The translations under genes and the position numbers were made by a program. From Macrostomum lignano (lineage: Eukaryota), in the NCBI GenBank assembly GCA_002269645.1, contig NIVC01000771.1:1-64000 (forward strand): a stretch of DNA of 64,000 bases, read 5' to 3'. The notes beneath the pieces are model-generated. The model searched no databases and was not told the origin of the DNA. It was given only the letters and a program-made list of their open reading frames with translations. Within the stretch, counting starts at the first letter, position 1, and each line of letters begins with the position of its first letter. Positions 51,630 through 64,000 of the stretch are shown in pieces.

Positions 51630-54271
51630 CAGTGCGGAGGCCCAGAATAAAGTGGTTCTGAGCTCGCAGCCTCCAACAGCAGGCATTTGAATTTCTAATT
51701 AGCCAAGGTTTCTCAGTGCACTGGTTTTAGAGATGCACTTTTAGACAAAAGTTTTGTCTTTTAAGTCCCAGTCCCAACCTATAACTGGTTTCATTTTCCT
51801 GGCGCACCTCCAGCCATTGCTCAGCCTACTTCATACCTGCTGAATTTGCTCACCTATTTCGATGTCCTTGAAATATGGCCTAAAACTACTGATTTCCCAT
51901 GACTCTCTGACCCAGCAAAAGTCCTAAAAAGCAATCCATGAAATCCTATCGATTGCATTGTCTGCATAGTGTACAGGTATGCTGATTAGTATGCAGTGAT
52001 TTTAGTTGATATCGGTACAGCTCCATTTGAAACCAATCCATTCTGCCAGAGAGCCTCAGAAGTTGGCCTTCATGGCTGAGAATCGCCTCAGGCCAATCGC
52101 ACAGAATCAAACCACAGTACATGTATAAATGTTTCGCAAGAGGCAGCTGCTCAGCCCCTCAATATCAGTCTTGTGCTTAATCAGGTGTTTATCATTAAAG
52201 TGCAGCCGAGCTCTGGCAGCCCATCTCAATTCTGTCCAGCTCTCAGCCGCAGCAACTCACTGCATTTTGCATTCCTGCCACCTGCAGCCAGCAGCAACAG
52301 ACAGGCTTTGAGCCGCACTGAATGGCCTGAAAGCCATCAAATTCTGAGGTGCGAGCATGGCAACAATGGCTTATTTATGACAAAACGCAGTCTTGAGCTG
52401 TAGGGAGCGGGTGGTTAGAGAGGCCAGCTCAACCTCAAGCAGTAACAGTGCTCGGTGTGTGTTGAGCAGTGAGCTGGGTGGAGCTGCATTGTAGCTGGAC
52501 TTGTTTGTCTCAGGGGGTGCGGGGGGTTGGGTGGCTCGAGAGGCCGGTATGGGTTGATTGCGAACTCGAGCAGTTTTCTCTTTGCCAGCTTTTATCTCGC
52601 AAGACTGCCGCACTGCAAGTGCTGAGCTGGGTTGGGCCGCTCCAGATGAAGCTTGGAGATTTAATTAGCGATGAGGCTGCAGAGATGAGCAGCGCACACC
52701 TGAGCTGTCTGAGGCTGCAGTGGCGGCTGCTCCCGAATGAGTTGCAGCCCCAGCCTTGCACAATGGAGACTCTGCATTGTGCTTGAGCACCCTGCCTGCC
52801 CCTCACTGCACCTTCGCTTCTGTGCTCAGAGATGACGGGCGGAGGCTGGGCTGGCACTTTTAGTTTTTTTAGCTTTCTAGAAACTGAAGAAAACAAGCGT
52901 TTACTTGAGTCTGAGCTGGGATCTGATGGAGAATAGAGAAGCTGAGCTGGGATCTGATGAAGAATAGAGAAGCTGAGCTGGGATCTGATGGAGAATAGAG
53001 AAGCTGAGCTGGGATCTGATGAAGAATAGAGAAGCTGAGCTGGGATCTGATGAAGAATAGAGAAGCTGAGCTGGGATCTGATGGAGAATAAAGAAGCTGA
53101 GCTGGGATCTGATGAAGAATAGAGAAGCTCAGCTGGGATCTGATGGAGAATAGAGAAGCTGAGCAGGATCTGATGGAGAATAAAGAAGCTGAGCTGGGAT
53201 CTGATGAAGAATAGAGAAGCTCAGCTGGGATCTGATGGAGAATAGAGAAGCTGAGCAGGATCTGATGGAGAATAGAGAAGCTGAGCAGGATCTGATGGAG
53301 AATAGAGAAGCTGAGCTGGGATCTGATGGAGAATAGAGAAGCTCAGCTGGGATCTGATGGAGAATAGAGAAGCTGAGCTGGGATCTGATGGAGAATAGAG
53401 AAGCTCAGCTGGGATCTGATGGAGAATAGAGAAGCTGAGCTGGGATCTGATGAAGAATAGAGAAGCTGAGCTGGGATCTGATGGAGAATAGAGAAGCTGA
53501 GCATATCTGATGGAGAACAGAGAAGCTGAGCAGGATCTGATGGAGAACAGAGAAGCTGAGCAGGATCTGATGGAGAATAGAGAAGCTGAGCTGGGATCTG
53601 ATGGAGAATAGAGAAGCTGAGCTGTCCAGTTGACAATCTCAGCAGTGAAATGCTGAAGTGCCGGTCACCGAGTGCAAAATGCAATAAAAAGGCAGGCAGC
53701 CGCAGTGCACAGATGAACTGTGTGGAATCCAAAATCAGCCTGTATGTGAGTCCCGCACTGCCCTGGGCAGGCACCGAGCTGGTGGCTAATGGAATCTGAG
53801 CTGTTCAAAAAATAGAGATGGGTGAGAGGGGATGGGTGAGAGGGGTATTTGTGAGAGGGGATGGGTGAGAGGGGATGGGTGATAGGGGATGGGTGAGAGG
53901 GGATGGGTGAGAGGGGATGGGTGAGAGGGGATGGGTGAGAGGGGATGGGTGAGAGGGGATGGGTGAGAGGGGTATTTGTGAGAGGGAGATGGGTGATAGG
54001 GGATGGGTGAGAGGGGATGGGTGATAGGGGATGGGTGAGAGGGGATGGGTGATAGGGGATGGGTGAGAGGGGATGGGTGAGAGGGGATGGGTGAGAGGGG
54101 AATTGGGCAGAGGGAGATGGGTGAGAGGGGTATTTGTGAGAGGGAGATGGGTGATAGGGGGATGGGTGATAGGGGATGGGTGAGAGGGGATGGGTGAGAG
54201 GGAGATGGGTGATAGGGGGATGGGTGATAGGGGATGGGTGAGAGGGGAGGGGTGAGAGGGAGATGGGTGAT

Positions 54272-54695
54272 AGGGCGATGGACTTCTTCTTCTCGGCCTC
54301 TTGCTCGATGTCGTTCAGGCCTGATAGTTCCTCGAAAGCCTCCCACAACTGCTTCCATTGTGGGAATACGGCCTTCTGTGATTCGAGGTCGAAGTGTGGG
54401 GCGCTTTTTAAGTCAATTTTCGGCTTTGGAGGCATTTCTACAGGAACGCCCCAGAACAATTGCAGCTCTGCAATCTTGCTCTTGCTTAGCCTTGACTTCT
54501 TATTCGTGGGCTTCTTCTCTGGCTGCTTGCGAAGCCATGTTATATATCGCGAAGCCGAGAGGGTTATATCTTCTATAGCGCGCGGTCTGAAGAAACTAAA
54601 GCTCAGAGGGCGTGGCCGTCTCTCTAGGCCGTCACGTGTATTTATACCATAGACAGTAATATTCATACGAGTATAGCCCAAGCTTCAGTGTCACA
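54272..54695 (-). mobile_element. Gypsy 5' LTR + PBS-like site + gag N-terminus fragment inside a satellite
   Basis: TG start at ~54693-54695, TATAAA inside, ...ATAACA|TGGC junction at 54538/54537, then ATG at 54435: MPPKPKIDLKSAPHFDLESQKAVFPQWKQLWEAFEELSGL (gag-like FD..W.QWK..WE.F...SGL), cut by satellite. Confidence 0.6.
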
Positions 54696-57624
54696 CACAT
54701 GCATATGCACACATACACAACAATGGGTGAGAGGGAGATGGGTGAAAGGTAGATTGTGAGACAACACACAATAAAGACAGTAAATTGGTTATGGCACATG
54801 AGTAATGGCTGTGTGCATGAGATACCAGTATGGGTTATGACGCATGAGTACAGCTCCCTGAAAGATGATTGTCAGTCAGGACAAGCCACACGGTCTGCTA
54901 GACTGTTTCTAATGCTCAAAGGGTAATTCAAAGTTGTTTAAAATAATAAATCAGTATTCAATTATCAGTTTTATCGCCTCAAAAAAGCTTTGCATCGCAC
55001 ACAAAATCTGATTGCATTTGGTTGTTGCATGCTGTGAGCAGGACTGCTCAAGCTCGCAGCTAAACAAAACCCGAGCTGAGCGAGCAGTTGCTACAAAATG
55101 CAACAAATGCTTGACAAGCCAGTTTTTTTACAAGCCAAAGGCAGGACAATGAAACCGATGGAGAGGCGGACTCGAATATGCAATAAAGTTGAATTTTTAC
55201 AGGTGCGCAACAAAACAGAAGCTGAGCAGAAAGGGAGAGAGAGAGGGAGAGAGAAAGAGAGAGAGATGCAGAGTGAAGTGCACCGAAAAGAAGCTGGAAA
55301 ATTCCAAAACTGAGCGCCCACCCCGAGAGCCCGAGAGCCCAGACTCAAGGCAATGCAAGAGGCCTGTGACTCGCTTTTGAGTAAAATAATCTGGCATAGC
55401 GAATCTTCAGGTGCAGACAAATTTTCGGATAAATTCCATACAGCCCGGCTTTTACGACCAATTATTTTCTTAAGAGTACTATGAGTAGCTTACTGTAAGC
55501 GATATTGTTTTCGGAGATTTGAAAGTATTTTTGGACTGGCAGACAAATACAATATATCTCCGAGAGGGCTAAACAAGCGATGCATAGAGATTGATGGCAG
55601 CTGCTGTACCGTGTTTTAGTCACGCTTTTGGAGGTGTTGTGGGTGTCCGATCAGTTGCCATATTGGCCCCCCATTGGCCAGCGATCAAACTTGCACTCTC
55701 TCCCTGCCCCTCACCCTACATCCCAGCCTGTTTCTCTCTCCCTGCCCCTCACCCTACCTCTAAACTCCAAATTATGGGTGCGAGGCTCGCATCTGAAAAC
55801 CCGCAGTGCCGAATATCCAAGGCAGCGAATTTTACAGTCAACGAGACGCACAGGCGCAATGCAAAGCAGTGAATGCTTTGAGTGGGGCAGGGTTGGCGCT
55901 CAAGCAGTTTGTCTCTGTGCCGCTGTGAGGCAGCCATCAACCCCCTCCCCCTCCCAAAGCATTCGCTGCGAGTCTTCTTTTGTCACGCGTTCGCAGGCTG
56001 CTGGCTCGGCCCTCAAGCCTCAGCTTCGCCATTGTCCTCTGGGCATTGAGCTCGGCTGGTCTGGAGCTGCTTGGACAGCTGGGGTCGGGGCGAGTAGAGG
56101 CTTTGTTGTTCCGCTCCGGTGTGAGCGTAAGTACAGCGCACAGCCCCAACCCCAGCCCTCAACTCATGGCTGGGCGCCGCACAGATGAAGGAGAGACAGA
56201 AGAAGATGCAGAGGCCGCACACAGCAGCCCAGCTGCACACAGCGGTGCCTCATCAACTCTGCCCCATTGTCCAAAAGCCCTGCACAAATTTCACCAGCTG
56301 TGCACCTCTGCCTCTCCTTGCCGAATGAGCTCAGCATCTCTGCTGCATCAGTTTGAGCTTCTGGTGCTCATTCTGAGCTCCGACAGATGAAGAGCGAATG
56401 GAGGCTGGGAGAGGCAGAGAGCGGCTGCGAATTTACTGATGCAGCTGTTGAGAGACTGTTGCTAATTAAGGAAACAGGTGGGAGACTGTTGCTAATTAAG
56501 GACACAGGTGGGAGACTGTTGCTAATTAAGGAAACAGGTGGGAGACTGTTGCTAATTAAGGAAACAGGTGGGAGACTGTTGCAAATTAAGGAAACAGGTG
56601 GGAGACTGTTGCTAATTAAGGAAACAGGTGGGGAGACTGTTGCTAATTAAGGAAACAGGTGAGAGACTGTTGCTAATTAAGGAAACAGGTGGGAGACTGT
56701 TGCTAATTAAGGACACAGGTGGGAGACTGTTGCTAATTAAGGTAACAGGTGGGAGACTGTTGCTAATTAAGGAAACAGGTAGGGGCGAGCGGAGCGCAGA
56801 GAAACTCGAAATGAGCGGCCCAGCAACTGAGCTGAGTGAGAAATTCTCAGAGACTTGCGGTTGCCAGCCTGCTGCAGGGGAAGGAGATGGGTGAGAGGGA
56901 GATGGGTGAGAGGGAAATGGGTGAGAGGGAGATGGGTGAGAGGGAGATGGGTTAGACGGAGATGAGTGAGAGGGAGATGGGTGAGAGGGAGATGGGTGAG
57001 ATGGAGATGGGTGAGAGGGGGTATGGGTAAGAGAGATATGAGTGAGAGGGAGATGGTTGAGAGGGATATGAGTGAGAGGGAGATGTGTGAGAGGGAGATG
57101 GGTGAGAGGGAGATGGGTGAGAGGGAGATGGGTGAGAGGGAGATGGGTGAGAGGGAGATGGGTGAGAGGGAGATGGGTGAGACGGAGATGAGTGAGAGGG
57201 AGATGGGTGAGAGGGAGATGGGTGAGAGGGAAATGGGTGAGAGAGAAATGGGTGAGAGGGGGATGGGTGAGAGGGAGATGAGTGAGAGGGAGATGAGTGA
57301 GAGGGAAATGGGTGAGAGGGAGATGGGTGAGAGGGAGATGGGTGAGAGGGAGATGAGTGAGAGGGAGATGAGTGAGAGGGAAATGGGTGAGAGGGAGATG
57401 GGTGAGAGGGAGATGGGTGAGAGGGAAATGGGTGAGAGGGAGATGGGTGAGAGGGAGATGAGTGAGAGGGAAATGGGTGAGAGGGAGATGGGTGAGAGGG
57501 AGATGGGTGAGAGGGAGATGGGTGAGAGGGAGATGAGTGAGAGGGAGATGGGTTAGAGGGATATGGATGAGAGAGAGAGATGGTTGATAGGTAGATAGGT
57601 GAGTGGAAGATAAAAAATGAGAGT

Positions 57625-57990
57625 GATGAGAAGACATGAGAAAGACCATGATGAGACGCGATAAAAGCCATGAGAAGACATGAGAAAGACCATGATGAGA
57701 CGCGATAAAAGCCATGAGAAGACATGAGAAAGACCATGATGAGACGCGATAAAAGCCATGAGAAGACATGAGAAAGACCATGATGAGACGCGATAAAAGC
57801 CATGAGAAGACATGAGAAAGACCATGATGAGACGCGATAAAAGCCATGAGAAGACATGAGAAAGACCATGATGAGACGCGATAAAAGCCATGAGAAGACA
57901 TGAGAAAGACCATGATGAGACGCGATAAAAGCCATGAGAAGACATGAGAAAGACCATGATGAGACGCGATAAAACCCATGAGAAGACATG
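57625..57990. repeat. 44-bp repeat (GAGAAGACATGAGAAAGACCATGATGAGACGCGATAAAAGCCAT)n
   Basis: About 8 units; a dimer-like relative of the 22-bp array at 60045. Confidence 0.93.
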
Positions 57991-58726
57991 CAGACAGCTC
58001 AGGATTATGAATAAATAAGTGAGCACTTATAAACGCAATGGATAATCATATCAGATATTTATACAATGGAAATGTACATGTCAATAGCTGGAGTTGAACA
58101 TTGAGCTGCCGCGAGAGAAATGAATTAACATTTAATTAGTAAAGTCAGAGCGCTAAACAACAATATAAACAAGTCAGCATATTTTACATAAAAATACATC
58201 TAAACATTGTGCAGGTAACAAGTGCCAGTGCAAAATATGAAAACAGGCCGTTAAGAAGGTAATTTATGACGCGAATATGCACAATTCTAATGGATTAATA
58301 CATTGCTATTTTTAACCGACAATTGATAGACTACTACTGAAAATGTTGGCAGTAGTATAAACAAAAAACTACTTGAAAATAATGTAAAAAATAAGTATGC
58401 AACTGGGTGACTTCAGAGCAGCACAAATATTCATGACAAATTTTGTTAACAAATTCTTTCATAATATAAACAGGACCCATTCACCCTGCTGCACAAACTC
58501 AAATGTAAAATATTCAATATTCAATAAATATTTAGCAATAAAATTTTTAAAATTAATTGGCAGACGGCCCGGCAGTGCAAATTTCAGATTAAAAACTGTG
58601 CAAGGAAACGGCACTACTAAAAACATGAGTAGCAATGATGCAATGCACCTTCAGGACCTGCGAATGCATTCATATGGGCGTTTTGCAGTGGCTGATTGGA
58701 CACAAATTATTGAAATTGCAATCAAT

Positions 58727-58860
58727 TGGAGGCTGGCCCAGCAACTGGGATCTGGGAGGCTGGCCCAGCAACTGGGATCTGGGAGGCTGGCCCAGCAACT
58801 GGGATCTGGGAGGCTGGCCCAGCATCTGGGATCTGGGAGGCTGGCCCAGCAACTGGGATT
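58727..58860. repeat. 27-bp repeat (GGAGGCTGGCCCAGCAACTGGGATCTG) x5
   Basis: Tandem copies. Confidence 0.92.
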
Positions 58861-58950
58861 CAGCAAAGCGAATGCAATAATGAAGCTATATAATTAAGCT
58901 CCCATAGCAACCCCCATGGCAATGTGCTGCGATCCCCATAACGCTGCACC

Positions 58951-59102
58951 GAGCAGCCATATGAAACGCACTCAAACTGAGCAGCCATATGAAACGCACT
59001 CAAACTGAGCAGCCATATGAAACGCACTCAAACTGAGCAGCCATATGAAACGCACTCAAACTGAGCAGCCATATGAAACGCACTCAAACTGAGCAGCCAT
59101 AT
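58951..59102. repeat. 28-bp repeat (GAGCAGCCATATGAAACGCACTCAAACT) x5.4
   Basis: Perfect tandem copies. Confidence 0.95.
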
Positions 59103-59577
59103 CACTCAAAGGCAGTCAGGAGCTCCTGCCTGTCCCATCCAGCAGCCGCTTGAGTCTTTGGTGCTCCGCCGGCTCCAGGAAGCCGATGAGCACGCGGTCC
59201 ATGATGCGCACCGGGTGCCGCAGGAAGCCGAACACCCGCACGCTGCCGGGGGGCCGCAGCCGCACCGGCGGGTTGTTGCGGATCCGCCGGCTCCACCGCG
59301 ATGCCTTCGCCACGGCGGCCTCGGTGGCCAGCCGCTGCTCGTCAACGTCTCTGGTCTGCAGGCTCACCTGGCGGAGCGCCGACAGGTCGAACTCGCGGCC
59401 GCGCTCGTCGCAGAAGAAGCTGAAGCTGGCCAGCGGCAGCAGGTGCGGCGCCAGGCTGACCCGGCGGGACTTGGCCTCCCGGCTCAGGCAGCCGTGCGGG
59501 TCCGCTCGACCGCCGCTGCTTCGCTCTCCGATGAACTGCCGTCTGACCTCGTCGTCGCTCAGCGTCGTCTCCGACAC
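59102..59577 (-). other. GC-rich coding-like ORF of unknown function (153 aa)
   Basis: ATG-initiated, composition like the other exons here, non-repetitive; no family confidently recognised. Confidence 0.35.
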
Positions 59578-60044
59578 CGTCTCGAAGACGGCGACGCTCG
59601 GCGTATTAGGGGAGACGGATGGTAGGTCGCTGGTTTGAATCTTCGATATTCGGGATGCTGACGCTCCGCTCCAGCAAATGATGCAGAATGAGAGCAGCGA
59701 GGTGTCACTGACTGAGGTGGCAATGCTAAATATTGGAATAAAATATTGCTCACATTTTCATCGCACCTCTAGAATGACCAGCTCATTAAGAATGTTGCCG
59801 CTAAAATTAGCAATAAGAGCTCATTCTGGAGCTGAGCACGCCATGAACTCATGAAAAACTTATTTCTATAATTTCCGGTTTCGAAGTTCGGTTTCAAATT
59901 TTTAAGTTCTGGTTTTAAAATTTATTAGTTAACTTCCGTGGTGTGACAAAGGTTAGACAACCTCGTCCCAGTCTCATCCCAACTCCAAGTCCTAGTCTCT
60001 GTCTACCCCAGTCTCATCTCCAGTCCCAGCCCCAGCCCATTAGA

Positions 60045-60390
60045 AAAGCCATGAGAAGACACGAGAAAAGCCATGAGAAGACACGAGAAAAGCCATGAGA
60101 AGACACGAGAAAAGCCATGAGAAGACACGAGAAAAGCCATGAGAAGACACGAGAAAAGCCACGAGAAGACACGAGAAAAGCCATGAGAAGACACGAGAAA
60201 AGCCACGAGAAGACACGAGAAAAGCCATGAGAAGACACGAGAAAAGCCACGAGAAGACACGAGAAAAGCCATGAGAAGACACGAGAAAAGCCATGAGAAG
60301 ACACGAGAAAAGCCACGAGAAGACACGAGAAAAGCCATGAGAAGACACGAGAAAAACCATGAGAAGACACGAGAAAAGCCATGAGAAGAC
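60045..60390. repeat. 22-bp repeat (GAGAAGACACGAGAAAAGCCAT)n
   Basis: About 15 units, followed by unique sequence paralogous to 57990-58200. Confidence 0.94.
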
Positions 60391-60689
60391 AGGCGACAGC
60401 TCAGGATTATGAATAAATAACTGAGCACTAATAAACGCAATGGATGGTCATCGAAGATATTTATACTATAGAAATGTGTATGTCAACCGCTGGAGTTGAA
60501 TATTGAGCTGCCGTGAGACACACTCATTAATATTTAATTAGCTTTCAGAGCCCTACTCATCAATACAAACAAATAAAAAGCATATTTTACATAAAAGCGC
60601 ATTTAACTCTGTGCAGCTAACAAGCTCCGGTTCACTAGCACTTTCGGAGTTGTGATACTTTGGGTTTGTAATGAGCGATGTTATTTTGG

Positions 60690-61500
60690 GTTTGGAAGTG
60701 CGTTCAGCACAGCAGCGAAGGCGAGCACGCATTTGTGCCAAACCTGTGCCATGCCGCCAGAGACTGCGAGTTGCAGAGCCTCACGACGATCTCGTGCTAA
60801 ACCAGCTGATCTTTGGCATCTCATTAGCGAAGGTGCGCGAACGCCTCCTGCTGAGCGAGAGCTCCCTCTGGATGGAGCAATCCAGATTGCCGCCAGCGTA
60901 GCAGCTGACGACGGCTTCAGGAGATCAACGCCAAGAGAGCTTCAGAGGCCAGACAGCGCGACCAATGGCGAAATGCCTGAGATCATCGAATAGTCATCCA
61001 TGACTGCGGCTGCCTACTCGTATATCGAATTTACCCCGGATCTCAGTTTGTTTCGCTCGGAGTTCACGGACTTCCTCAGCTCGCTTGTCATCAAGCACCG
61101 TCGCACTTCACTCTACTGCCTACAGAAAGAATGGCGGATTCGAGAGGTTCAACGGCTTCATCAAGACCTCAGTGTGCGCGCCGACGCCCTGCCAGTGAAG
61201 CAGGTGGTTCAGGAGCTGCTGCTGGCGCATCGGTCATCTGAGCACGCGCTGACCAACAAGTCACCGGCTGAACTGATGCTGGGATGAAAGTTCTGCCTGC
61301 CAATGGGTCGTCTTCAACCAGCAAGCACCGAGTCAACGACGGACCAGGAGCTGCGGCGCAGCGTCAAGAAGCGACAGCAGCTGGCCAGGAGCCGCCGCCG
61401 GATGCGCAAGCGGAACACGATCACTCTGACCTTGACAGCCGCTGGAACATCAGCCGCTGCATTCCGGGTGACCACACGGCTTAGGGTGACGGCGGCTCCG
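60690..61500 (+). mobile_element. Internally deleted, decayed Gypsy element (gag + integrase fragments)
   Basis: gag: EGEHAFVPNLCHAARDCEL / DDLVLNQLIFGISLAKVRERLLLSES. Integrase: FRSEFTDFLSSLVIKHRRTSLY...LLAHRSSEHALTNKSPAELMLG. No PR/RT/RH between them. Confidence 0.8.
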
Positions 61501-61540
61501 CAGCTGCCATCTAGATTGCGGAGATGTCTTAGTGTCTTAG

Positions 61541-64000
<2,460 letters not shown>

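Overview
Eukaryotic, spliceosomal-intron-containing and very repeat-rich DNA. The style resembles a free-living flatworm such as Macrostomum, but that is an impression, not a verified assignment. Host genes reconstructed by hand from GT-AG sites and codon phase: (1) two intronless GPI-anchored Ly6/three-finger genes on the minus strand, one with a 1-nt frameshift; (2) a secreted PAN/Apple + C-type lectin gene on the minus strand, with a 1-nt frameshift; (3) two ankyrin-repeat + Ser/Thr kinase genes on the plus strand. The first carries an in-frame internal duplication of the whole ANK-ANK module. The second ankyrin domain is strongly diversified between the three module copies. (4) Scattered exons of hexose-6-phosphate dehydrogenase (H6PD); (5) two kinesin-6 pseudo-exons sharing a nonsense codon. 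Mobile elements: a Ngaro/DIRS-type retroelement fragment with an intact tyrosine recombinase ORF, a decayed Crypton, a truncated mariner, a 2.2-kb solo-LTR-like insertion, a tRNA-derived SINE with TSD, a Harbinger-like element with a nested MITE, and two Gypsy remnants. There are many micro- and minisatellites, a triplicated satellite-rich block of about 5-7 kb, and a ~61-kb-spaced duplication joining the two ends of the window. Most ORF-track entries are artefacts of tandem repeats.
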